A stretch of DNA of 61,790 nucleotides, filler included, from Basidiobolus ranarum (Eukaryota): assembly GCA_040143965.1 (NCBI GenBank). It is 2 parts of 2 records of this genome, joined end to end, with 100 filler letters (N's around TTAATTAATTAA, not from the genome) between each part and the next. Parts side by side here need not be neighbours in the genome. Positions count along the whole stretch, not along the records: positions 31,019 to 61,790 come from JASJQH010006972.1; 1 more part is not named here. The stretch is one strand, 5' to 3'. The position numbers and the translations under genes were made by a program. Every line of letters begins with the position of its first letter. Positions within the stretch are counted from its first letter, which is position 1. Below, piece by piece: positions 37,198-49,162 of the stretch. The notes below the pieces were generated by a model, which saw only the letters and a program-made list of their open reading frames with translations, did no database searches and was not told where the DNA came from.

Positions 37198-38454
37198 TTA
37201 CAAGTAGCGGCCATTCTTCTTCACTGACGCTAAATAACACGCCAAATTGACTAAGGTGACTAAGGTACTACCGGCAGTGATTTTAGTGAACCAAATTCTC
37301 CATCTTCCGGTAGCAAGTGCCGAAACATTGAAATACAAATGACTAAAGTTTGCCAAAGTGAAGGCTAGAAGAATGGCTTTTTGTGCAGTTACATCTCTTA
37401 TTCTGAAGGACAAAAGTGATAATAGAGCCCAAGCTGCGTGTATTCCACCCAAAAATTTCACTGTATCAATGGCGAAATGAGGAACTCCATTTTTACCACC
37501 TGATACTACTGCATTCGCAAGGAGTACCTTTCGTGGACGAAGAACTAAATAGTAAACAGCTGCGCTGTGCCAGAGCAAATTGACACCAAAGGCAGTGTAG
37601 TTGGTGTGAGTCAAATCCAGTAGCGCTTGGAAAAGATGACGACAAAATCTCGCAGTGATTGAAGGGGAGGAGCCTTCTGGAGTGGTTCTCTTTTCAGTGG
37701 TGTTTTTATTCGAAGAGGCGGGCACTCCTTTGCTTGAATTGCTGCTAGATCGATCATTTTGACTTTTAGGTTTTAGTGTATCATTGGTTTTTTGGGATTC
37801 CTGTATAGCTTTGTTCCACATATTCTCGAAAGCAGTTTGTTTTTCTGCGTCGGTATCTACATTCATTTCTTTTTTCTTTACTTGTTTTCCCTTGTTCTCT
37901 TTTTGTTTTTCAATAATTGGTGTGATGTCTTCTTCGCTTACATTATCTGTAGGGTCCTCTGTCTTTTCTACTTCTTTCTCTGGCTCTTTATCCGCTTCCG
38001 CCTCTACTTCCATCTTCACCCATTCCTTATCTGCCTTCTTTTCCTGTTCTGTGTCGGCCAATTTCTGTCTTTCCTCTTCTAGCTTTCGCTCTCTCTCATT
38101 TTCCAGTTCGAGTTCCTTTTCCAATTTTTCTTTCTTTTTCTCAGCTTTCTTTTCTCGTTGTTTCATAGCCTTCTCTCGTTTTTTATTTCCTTTATTTGAT
38201 ACATCCTGTTGAGGTTCACCTTTAGGGACTTGTTTTTTCTCTGGTTGTTTTTCTGAGGTACGGTTACTTTCCACTTGAGTTTTTTCCTCTTTATCGTTTG
38301 AAATATTTTCCTCTTCTTCACTAGAAGTTTTTTGTTCTTTTGAAAGGTCCTCTGTACTCTCGTCAAGGACTAGTTCCTCCAAGTCAGATTTCTCCGAATT
38401 TATTGAAGGTTGAGGTTGATCGGGAGAAGTTTCCTGTTTAGTTTGCTTAGGCAT
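37198..38454 (-). CDS. 418-aa protein: long Glu/Lys-rich N-terminus plus ~4-TM C-terminal domain, unknown function
   Basis: Single long ORF; four hydrophobic segments in the last ~140 aa. Confidence 0.8.
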   Translation of the reverse strand: MPKQTKQETSPDQPQPSINSEKSDLEELVLDESTEDLSKEQKTSSEEEENISNDKEEKTQVESNRTSEKQPEKKQVPKGEPQQDVSNKGNKKREKAMKQREKKAEKKKEKLEKELELENERERKLEEERQKLADTEQEKKADKEWVKMEVEAEADKEPEKEVEKTEDPTDNVSEEDITPIIEKQKENKGKQVKKKEMNVDTDAEKQTAFENMWNKAIQESQKTNDTLKPKSQNDRSSSNSSKGVPASSNKNTTEKRTTPEGSSPSITARFCRHLFQALLDLTHTNYTAFGVNLLWHSAAVYYLVLRPRKVLLANAVVSGGKNGVPHFAIDTVKFLGGIHAAWALLSLLSFRIRDVTAQKAILLAFTLANFSHLYFNVSALATGRWRIWFTKITAGSTLVTLVNLACYLASVKKNGRYL

Positions 38455-39031
38455 ATTTTTAATGGAAGAACGGGTGGGGACTATTTCACCGAAATAAGAG
38501 AGAGAGGATTGATTCTATTTGGCAAAGGTTTCAAGTGTGAATTAGGTAATGTGAGATAATCCACTTAAAATGTATTCTCTTGAACTTGAGAATGGAGTAG
38601 GCGTATGTTATTTAGTTGGGGAAGCAGAGAAGGGTACTTGAAATGATTTTCTAGTTGGATACGTTATTAGTGACATTTACATTACGAGTGTGACTGTGAA
38701 TTAAATCTTTATCCATCTATTAGTTTCAAGCTCAAGCTTAAGCATCATCATCATGATCAATATCTTCGTCAGCATTAGCATCATCTGATGAATGGTCATT
38801 GGTGATCGTTGCTAATATTTGTAGTCATGTTATTTCAAATTGTGCGACATGAACTAGCTCTGTTTGTACATTGTTCATTAATCAGAGGGGTCAGTGGGGT
38901 CATAATAATATCCTTGAAGGGAGCATGTCATGTAAATAAGTGATAGGACTAGTAACAAGAGAAATGGCCAAATGTAAATAGAATTATGGCATCTCTATGT
39001 AAGAGAAAGGTAGTTCTAAAATTCTATACAA

Positions 39032-42000
39032 TTAGCTTTGAAAATTCCCGATTACTCTAGAAACAGGTCGATATTCTTCAGGGAAAAAATAAAGTTGCCA
39101 AAAATTGAATGCATATTTGCCCACTTCTCCTCGGTTTGGATCGGAGTATTCATTTGTCACCAAGGAGTTGGGTATGGTTTGTAGTGTGAGCTTGATAATT
39201 TCTGAAGGATTTTCCTCTATCTCGTCAATAGGTCTGTCTTCCACTTTCCATAAACCTAGCTTCAAATTTCTTTCAATGTTGGCGATTCTGACTCCACATT
39301 CTTCACGCATCGCTTTGAGGATTTTATCGTAGGATTCTTCCGAAAGATGGTGCCTATTCTTCAGTATCTTGGCTTGTTCCAAGGTCACGGACATTGAGGT
39401 ACGATCCTTGGCCGACTTGCACATAGTGTAACGCATGCAACAGCGAGGTAGCATAAAATATGCGGCAGCATGCGGTTCCAAGTCGCGAGAGTTCGATACA
39501 TTGTGTTCTTGCGATGATTTAGCGTAAGTGTCCGGTTGAGGATAAGAGCCAACCAGTAACGTAAGTTCCGACGCAAGTTGAAGGATAACTGGGGATGCTG
39601 TGGTTTTGATTCTCCAAGCCTTCATCAGAAACGAATGGTTTACGCTATCGATTTCCGTTTTTATGTTAGTGGTAATTTGATCCACTTGCGCCCAGTAATC
39701 AGTGTAGCTATCAGGTGTGGATTTGGTCTGCCACCAATGCTTGTACTTGGCTAAATAAAGAAGATATTGTTCATAACTTTCGGCATTGATTTTATCTTGA
39801 AGCTTTAAATCTCCCATCATATTAGCGTAGGCTTGTTGCTCATTGATTCCCTGAGTAAAGATTATCGGAATCACTGAAATGTGATTACCATTTTGTAAAG
39901 ATGGGTTTATCTTTGCGAAGTAGATTTCGGGAATCCCAACCGATATCACAATAGACCCATGATATCCAAAAATATCTAAGGCTTGATCGATTTTGAAATC
40001 ATCATGTATAGCATGGAAGCCGATCTTTACCGACTGTTCAACTTCATGGAGTGCTTTGTAGGTATCAAGAAGCATTCCATGCTCGTACCCAGATGGGCTG
40101 AGCAAGCTCTCGAACTGACATAGAAACCCGACTTTTTCGAGTCTTTCCCAGAATAATGACCAAAGATATTGGTGTTTATCGGATTTAAATGGGTTCAAGG
40201 TTTCCAAACATTCGTCTATCATACAAACAAACCCAGTAGCGATGGCAGTAATGGCTTGCGACAAACTGATATCATCCCGCTTTCTTCCAACGATATTTTG
40301 AGTGTGTTGCTTATCTATTGAAAGGAAGTAGTAATCAATAAGAGAGAAAAGCCGGGTTCTAATGTGTGAGTTATGTGATCGAATCTGATCCAAACATTCC
40401 GATAAAGATGCACGTGTTGCATCCATATTTTTCTCAGTTTCTTCTAAAGAATTGGTTAACTCCACCAGACTAGGTAGGCTTTCTTCGTTTAATTGATAAC
40501 TGATCAGATCAACTTCCTCACATAGAGTGTCAATAACAGAGTCATTGATAACAACTCCCTCCTGCGACATGGTTGTATCAAGAAAGCCCAGGGTATATTT
40601 GCGTATCTCATCTGCCAGAAATTTAAGCTCGCTTAATTGCTTCTTAAAGCTAGGATCGCCAACAGAATCATTGTGAACTTGTTCAATGATAATTTGGATG
40701 CATCTTTCCATGGCATGGGTCAAACTTTCTACATCGGATTGGAGATTTTGAATGGTGTGATCCAAGTATCCAGTGTAATACGAAGTTTGGTAGACATCTA
40801 CCAATGACTGCTCCAATTTATCTTGAAAAATAAACGAATGTGCACATGGCGCACCGACGGTTACGACGGAATAGCTAGAGACTAGAACATGCAATAGAAA
40901 TTAGCAACATTGATGACTTGGAAGATTTAGAAGCCACTGTTACATTTGGCTTGCTCGATTTCCTCGACTCTCATCTTCTGAATACAACAGTTCAACGGCA
41001 ACCATTGCAATTCTTCGTTCTTTTTTTCTGGGCTTCTACGAAAGTCGCCTTCACCGGAGATGATTTTAGATTGTAACTTATGATTTAGTTCGTGAAAAAC
41101 ATCCGCATAGTATTCAAGTAAATCCCTATGACGATCAATTTGAGCACATTGTAAGTTCTTCATAGCAGAAATAAATTCTTCACTCAAGTCTGTGTTGGCT
41201 GTATATCTAAAATCCAGAGATTCCAGTCGTTGAATGATGTCTCTCTCCTCGATAATAAATAGTCCCAGCAGCTTGCATGGCAACGAAGAGATGAATGGTG
41301 ATTCAACTAAACACTCGTGAACTCTCAGGTGAGTTTGTGTATCGTTTACGAGTTGATATGCTTGTTGAACAGGGGAGGAAAACACTTTTAAAAGCGGAAG
41401 TCCAGCAGATCTGGGTATACGCAGAATCTGTTCACATAAAAGTTCCATTATTTCCATAGACAAAGGGTGGATATACAAGGGTAGATATACTTACTTTCTC
41501 TATAAAGATAGAGATCGAACCAACTGTTTTATCCGCCAGAAGTTGCTCGGAAATTATATATTTCAAATCCATCGTCAAGGTACCCGGTACTCCATTCTCA
41601 GAACAAAGTGACAGTTGGTCTTTGCGACATTCTGCATAGCCGAGTACTTCCGAGTTATGTTTCAAGTTAGTTTGTAAGGAAAATTTGTAAAATGAGTTCT
41701 CCGTGGATTCTTCATCGATTCGAAACGGTGTAGTCACCACAAATACTGAGCGTTTTTCCTATTACCGTAAAAAGAGCTAGGTTATTTTTTGAAGAAGTTA
41801 CTTGCCGGTAATTAAGGTGAATTAATATATTGATTACTCAACGTTGGCTAAAGATATACCTTGACCGTTGTGAACTCTGTGCGTCCGGTTAGCTTCCATT
41901 CAGAGCCAGTGTTTCTTCTACTGTAGATAACCAGTAAATGCTCTTTATTTGTTACGTTCGTATCTGACCATAAGACTGAAAAAGACATTTCATATATCTG

Positions 42001-42189
42001 CTCATCATATGCATTCTCTGGAAAGGTCTCTTTTAATACTGGACTCATGTGTTCAACTTCTGGACTGTATACAGCTTGACTATAGGTATACTGGCGTCTA
42101 AGCTTTTGCTCAGTAGGTCTTAGGTCGATGATCGACTCGGCGGAACTACTCTCTTTGTTTGACTTTACTCCAGTTGGCCCATTTGACAT
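39032..42189 (-). CDS. Inositol polyphosphate 4-phosphatase (INPP4A/B-like), multi-exon
   Basis: CX5R site CKSAKDRTSMSVTLEQ (39398-39421); GFLCQFESLLS; FTQGINEQQ; FRRSPEKK..LQWLPLN; KYAFN..FPEEYRP; C2-like N-terminal WKLTGRTE. Confidence 0.9.
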
Positions 42190-42809
42190 TGTAGGACAAG
42201 TATTTTTAAGAGTATAAAAATAATATTGGCCTAGTTACAAAGCAAACACCTGATAGTATGAGAACAAGGTTGTATATTTCTATATAGTTACAAGAGAAAC
42301 AGTCAAATGGAGGAAATACGTCTTTGTACAACGTAGTAAAGTGTATCTACAAACCCAAAATTACACCAAAGTATAATCTTATTCAAAGTAGTGAAGGTGT
42401 TGGAATGCTATGACAAATTTGATCGAATCATGGTCATTGTAAGCCACTGATTTCAACTCTAATAACTCTAGGGTATTCTATTAACATGGAGATGCAGTTA
42501 CTTACCTGTCTGACCATGTATAATCAAGTCAGGGGAGTCATTACAATGGGGCGCATTGAAATGATCTCACGATAACTAAAAATATTAAACAATTAAAATA
42601 GGAATCAATATTTAGCAGTATATTAAATGGTGATAGGGTCAGATCAATGTACATTACATATCAGCTTCATGAGGTGAAGAGTAAATTATATAGTGGTTTA
42701 ATGAAGTGAGGAGTACAAGCTCATATAAAACAGTTTAACATGGTACAGTAGTATAAGATAGTTAGGAAGTGCTGGATGTAGATGTGGCTGTGGCTGTTGG
42801 TTGAGCTTC

Positions 42810-45023
42810 TTAACTGCTACAATCTCCGATGTGAATAGCATTTATCTGATGTTGTAACTTTTCCATCACATCATCTACCTCACCGTTATTGGCATCATCA
42901 CTGGAACATGTCGACCTCTCAGTTACACTTTGCTCCGAACCTTCATCAGCTTTCAACTTTTTGATCAGTAATTCAAGCAGCGTAGAGTGGTATTTGCGCT
43001 CCTCAAGTGGCGATTTGTTCGATTTGGTTGGCTCCACGCGCTCAGGTTGTTTTTCAAGCTCCTTGAATGAGATTGAGGGAGCTCTGAAACCAGCGGAGAG
43101 TCTTCGTCTCATGCCCGGCTCATCAGCACTAATTCGGAGATTTGAGCTTCTATTGATAGATTTGTTGGATGAAGCTTGGCGAGTACAAATTGCAACATGG
43201 GATGTACGCGAAGTTGGTGAAGCTGGTTTGGATATCGTAATGGCAATATTGTCGCTTGACTTGTTGTTGAGTGCTATATGAGGTGCTTCAACACATGGTT
43301 GTAAACGAGAGATGTCGGACTCCCGGCGTCTATGCTCTACAACACGTCTCTGGGGTCCCGTGGAAGTGAGTAGACGGTGGGGTAGCCCAGGCCCACCTCT
43401 GGAAATTAAATCATCCATGCGACTAAAACCACTCTTCTTTGGATTTGGTGACATAATAACATTGTTGTTTTGGAAAGTGTTATACAGCGGAACACTGTGC
43501 GCGATATTGGTGGGGCTATTACCGGATAATGGCGACGATGTAGCAGCAGTTGGGGTTGCAAGCTCATTGCTAGAGAGAATGTTAGGGTCTGTATTGATCT
43601 CCAGATATGGTTGCTGTGTATTGAAAGATGGGACTGATGAGCCAGCGGAAAATCTAAAGTCAAACTCAACATTTTCTATAGCTTCAGCGTTAAAGCTTCC
43701 TAAATCCGCAGCTCCATTGGTGGGATACATATTAGATGCTTGGAAAGCATCATCTAGGAATGGTGGAGTATATCCATCGCTACCACTATGATCCACCGGA
43801 CTAAGACTATCGCTGAGATCATCAAAGTCGTAGGGAAACCCGACAGAGGAATCAGTAACAGGGAATTGTAAAGCTCCCATCTCGTTCATGTTGACGCCAT
43901 TAAGCCCGGTATAGTTACTCTGGGGGCCGGCACTATGGGGAGAGCAGTTGGCAGGGTCGGAATTAATAGAGACATCGATCTGGAGCTTGAGAGACTCCAT
44001 GAATTTCAAGTAAGTATTACGGTCTTGATTGGAAATCATATCGGAAATTGGCAGCACTCCATCATCAAATACATACTTTCCAACATCATTGAGGACATTG
44101 GCCATATCTAGATTGAGCATGACGGTTACTAACTGGTGTTGATCGACAATACATCAAACTGAACTTACGAGAATTATAATCCACTGGTAACTTTTGTTTC
44201 TTGACATCCTGGAAAAAGTCTCTAACTCCGTAGTCATGAGAACGTTTTTTGGTATCCTCGTTTACGGAAAACTCGCTGGTAAAGAATTGTCCTCCATACA
44301 TGTCTGAATTAGCAAACTGAGATATATGCTTCTGTTGGAAATCGCTTGACTCGTTAAAGGTATAGGTAGGGTTCGTAAAGCCAGTACTGAAATTGTCAGA
44401 GACATCAGAATAAGGTGAATAACCTGATTTCAGAATGATTGTTAGTAATATCCTTGAGGCTTCTATACACTATAAACTTCTCAGAGAATAATACGAATAA
44501 GCTGGGAATCTATATGTACCTGGTACAACTCTATCACGAGCTTCGTTAGGCATACTCAGCGAGAAAGACATGCATCCAGGGGAAGAATTAAGTGATGAAA
44601 GTGAACTAGATCTACTGTGTCTAGTAGGATTGGGTGGCAGCTGAAGGGATTGACGACGTTGAGCCTCTTCGTGTATCTTTTCGTGTTTTCTTTGATCTTG
44701 TGGGCGTTTGAAAGGTTTTCGACAATACTTCAAAAAAAATACCTGTTTAGTATCAAATGTTGAAATTGTGAATGAAATATGAGTGCACTAACTTTGCATG
44801 GGTATGGTTTTAGAGGAACATGGACACGAAGATGGGAAGTGATGTGGTCTCTTTTGATAGTAGACACTTTACAGTCTCCCCAATGGCAGATGAGACATAG
44901 GTTATTCGTTGATTTACGACCTACATGGTCTTCGGTTAAATGACAATACAAAGTTTCTAAGTCGGTGAATACCAAACCACAGCCATTCCAGTGGCAAGTG
45001 CAGAAGCCGTGGTAAATATCCAT
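42810..45023 (-). CDS. pacC: pH-response C2H2 transcription factor PacC/Rim101, multi-exon
   Basis: [52 protein letters not shown]; downstream [14 protein letters not shown] motif. Confidence 0.93.
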
Positions 45024-45239
45024 ATGTTTGTTATATTATCTCTAGAAGCTCCGTGTTGAGTTTCAAACAATATACGGAGTGGTGGTGAAGTGAAATTAAG
45101 AAAACTCACTTCTAAAGAAAGATTTGAAGAAAATCAATAGATGTGCTGAGACCCAAAAGCTAATCGGAAACTACAAATATAAATCTGAACATTCCTTAAA
45201 ACCTATATATGAATGAAAATTGAATTAGTGGCTACAAAG

Positions 45240-45836
45240 CTTGGCTTGCATTTGAAATTTCCTAGGTCCCAAATTACTGTGAATGGTAAAAAGGCTTGGC
45301 AAGTATCAAACATAGATATTCTTTAGCTCAGCCATTGGTCGCTAATTATCCGATTTTAACCACCTAAATAGACCGAAAAGCAGGGAAAAGGCCTAATTCT
45401 TGCATATCTCATGTCTCACGTAGCTAGCAAGCATGACACTTACCTTCAACTTTAACAGATCTGTACTACGTGACCAACCGGAAGCTGGAAAAAGCTAGCA
45501 TCACATTCATGATTCTTCCTAACCATGAATTCATATTGGTCGAGTTCAAATGCCCCTTTCAAGATCAGTTCCCTCCACAGTTGTCTGATTATTAGAACAA
45601 TGGAAAGAAAGCGATAAGACGCCATTTGTCATGTGCAACGTTGACCATCGCGTTCTCTCTTCACTGTAACAACCGGATTCCTCGGCGTTCGAGAAATATT
45701 GGCCAAGCCAAGATTTATTTCCAATACGAAAATAGTCTAGCCTGCCAAGGTATTTTGCATATATATGTAATTATTAGAAATGTTGCGGATCTATTTTATG
45801 TCTGCTCTGTATATATTGATGATGCGAGAGGCCAGG
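45240..45836. promoter_or_regulatory. Cluster of six PacC consensus sites (GCCARG) upstream of pacC
   Basis: CTTGGC at 45240 and 45295; GCCAAG at 45702, 45707 and 45744; GCCAGG at 45831. Confidence 0.7.
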
Positions 45837-46969
45837 TTACACGAGTTACTGTTCCTCCATTTGAAATCAGATAGCTCCATAATATTTTTCCACAATATTT
45901 TTCCTGAATTCTACTTGAATATTCTTGGAGAAGCTGATCTCTAACCATGCTTGTTCGGTAATTTGTTTTCGCTGAGAAAATATCCATATTCGAATATTAA
46001 TCATCGGCTTTTATTCTTTTGTTCTTATCATTGGTTCTGGTATGATGAAGTTGATAAATTTAAAATCGATTCGTCAATGGTGTCACTCAATGCAAAATAT
46101 ACTTCTGTTTCTATTGATTTTCTTAGAGAAGTCTTTACTTTGAGAACACATTTCTTCGTGAATTGGTTGATTTTTTTCTCCTTCCTACTCGATCTACGCT
46201 TCATTCTATCTTACCAACCGTCCACATAATTCCAAACTAGCGTTGTCTTTCAAAAGAAAAAAAAAACATTTGCCAACGATAACTTGTGGTATTATTAACT
46301 GTATATTCGCTAAGCTTACCTACTGTACGTAGTTTTCAGTTTATAAATTATGATCAGTTTTTTTTGTACCTGATTCTTATAGTATGCATACACCCTTCTT
46401 CGTTATTTCAATACATTGCCATTATTTTTGGAGAAGAGATGTCAGTCTTTCGTGAAATTGAAATCTCTTTTTCGTTATTCATCTTTAAAATCCACGTTCT
46501 CAATTTTCGAAAACTATATTTCCGACCATTTGGTTGAACATACTTCTAAAACATGCCGTTTCACGCTGGTTTGGCTTTTTAAAAGAAAGTTGTGCGGTGT
46601 TACTTTCCTTTTATCTGCCTTAAAGTTGAGCGAATGAAATTGTAGAGTATATTTGTATATACATGCCTAGTTAATAAGCATTTTGGAGCCACTGAAGTGA
46701 ATTAACCATCACCTTTACCTTCACATACTTTTAACTTCCATTTTGCTGGTTATTTTTCTTTTATTTTTCGCAACTCTTCCTTTATCTGGTTAATCATATT
46801 TACTTATGATTTCGTTTGAAATTTTTATGTTTCCTATTTTTAATATAGTATCGCCCCGTACTTGCTTAACAAACCACCACTTTTCCGAGCAACACTATAT
46901 TGCACCTTAAGCGTCTGCGAAAACCTCCTTCAGTTTATCTACGCCAACTACTCTCTGAATAGCATTGTT

Positions 46970-48679
46970 ATGGCTGATATTGAAAAATTCGAAGAATTCC
47001 CAGAGGACTTTGAGCTTACTGAAGCAGATCTAGCTAATTTTGATCCCGATGATCCTAGCTTTGATGATTCCTTCAATGATGAGATTCCGGCTGAGCTACG
47101 AGATGAAGGAATCCTGGATATCCCAGTCAGCTCTTCAAAGGATTCATTAGCCCCTGACAGTATTGATGCGCCGGTATCAAATACGTCAGTGAAAACAGTC
47201 ACTGATGCCACTCAGCAATTGAAAGAGCCTGTTGAACAGTTTGAAGAGTTTAACGTAGACTATAGTATCGAAGATGACACATTTGAGCTTGATGACGAAG
47301 AAGTCAGTCCATTACCTAATGAAGAAAAGTTCACAGTGACTAGCCAAAAGACTGATCGCAAACCTGGTGAGGTAGAGGATGGTGAATTAGATGGTTGTCC
47401 GACTAATTCCGCCAAGCGCAATTCGGAATTTAAGCCTAATCCCGCACAGGGACCAAACTCATATCGACCTCGTAACAACTATGGGAAAAATAACTTGCAA
47501 AATCAACGTAGAGCCATCCCAAATCATGATGGATTTCAGCCCGGAATGAGGTATGTGTATTGTTAAAACTTCTTCACTCTTCGGAATCTAACAATTTTAC
47601 TACCTGTTTTCTACGATGTTATTAGATATATGCCATATCCTCCAGTAAATGGAAACCCAAGGGTCAACGGTATGATGCCAGGAATGGGGCCATTCCCTGG
47701 CGGTGGCAATATACACGTCAACCCGAACTTTAGAGGATTTCAACAAAGACCACCCTTCCCCATGAACCCAATTTCTCCATTCGGAATGCCAATGATGGGA
47801 ATGCAACCCTGGGGGATGAATGGTGGAGGATATAATGGGATTCGTCCAGGGTTTGGCATGGAGTTTAACCACAATCAGGTATATTCATATTTTTGTTGTC
47901 GAAGTATCTTTGATGTGCCTAAATTAAGCCAATGTCATTACAAACAGGGTAAACCATCAGACCTAAAGAATCCTATGCCCAAGAAAACCATCCCAGTGAC
48001 AAGAAATAGAGACCAGAGACCAGGTAATACCTTGACACTTACGATTATTCATTCAAGTCTTGAAACCCCCTGACATCATTTGGTTACAGATCGTGAGCAG
48101 CAGAAACAACACGAAAAAAGACCCAACGGGTCATCAACACTAGCGCTACCCAAGGGTGTGAACGGGAAACGTGGCTACACTCCTGATACGCAGGAATCAT
48201 ATGAAGACCGTAAAAAGTTCCACTCAAATGATGGCCCCAAGCAGCAGGGCAAACCAAAGGTTACTTCTTTGAATCACAAACAACCTGAAGCTCAACCTCC
48301 AGTCAAAGCACCCACCAATACAAAGGGGATTCGAGTAGTAGTAAACAACGTGGCCGACAGTGTGTCTCGTCCACAGCTAGTAGAGATGGCGGATTCCATC
48401 AAGAAAGGAAGTATTCAGGTACATGTGGATGTTCTTTGCTTTAGTTAAATGAATTACTTCCTAACTAGTGCATATTGATTTTAGTCTGTGGTGATTGATA
48501 GAAGAAACAACCAGGCTGAAATGATTTTTCAAACCACTGATTCAGCTAAAATGTTTCGCCGCAAGTATCACAGGTATTTGAGAGTTTCCTTTATTTGACG
48601 CTTGATGATCCCATGTTCATCGTGGCTTGTTTGTAGGAGTGCCCTGGCGGAAAATCACATTACTATCGATATATCTTAG
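46970..48679 (+). CDS. RBM33-like RNA-binding protein (acidic N-terminus, Pro/Gly/Met-rich middle, C-terminal RRM), multi-exon
   Basis: NIHVNPNFRG motif; spliced terminal RRM VVVNNVADSVSRPQL..SIQ/SVVIDRRNNQAEMIF..AKMFRRKYHR/SALAENHITIDIS*. Confidence 0.7.
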
Positions 48680-49162
48680 AAAATGAATTCTTCGTATGAC
48701 TGTTCTTTGTCTCAACCATTGCCTCCCTTTCGGTATACGTTGTAGAATTTACCTAATAGTATGCGAGTACTTATTTTCACCCAACACAATTTTCCTTTTA
48801 TTCATGGCATTCTTGTGATTCTTCAACAAGTTCGCTTCTCGTTTCGTTATGACTTTGACAATCTACACATCGTTTATGTAAACAAGTTGTTCATTAATTT
48901 ATATTGTATGTAATTCAAAATCAATTAATCACTAAAATCCTAAATTACCCAAAATGAAGAAGAGATTATGTATGATTGGGTGCTGCGGTGACTCCAATTC
49001 ATATTCCCATAAAAATATGAGATAAACTTTACCAATAATCTTCAGTCATCCTTTTCCATTCAGTCCCTTACTTTTCAAGGTCACGTCCATTTTACACTTG
49101 TTAACTCGGTGGTCTTCTGCTTTAAAACACTTCAATAAGCGAAGCTTTATATTATATCCAGT

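Noticed and set aside
37784-38212. Phe/Ser-rich + strand ORFs (also 16444-17157, 23855-24145, 42889-43791)
   Set aside because: Antisense shadows of charged or low-complexity genes on the opposite strand.
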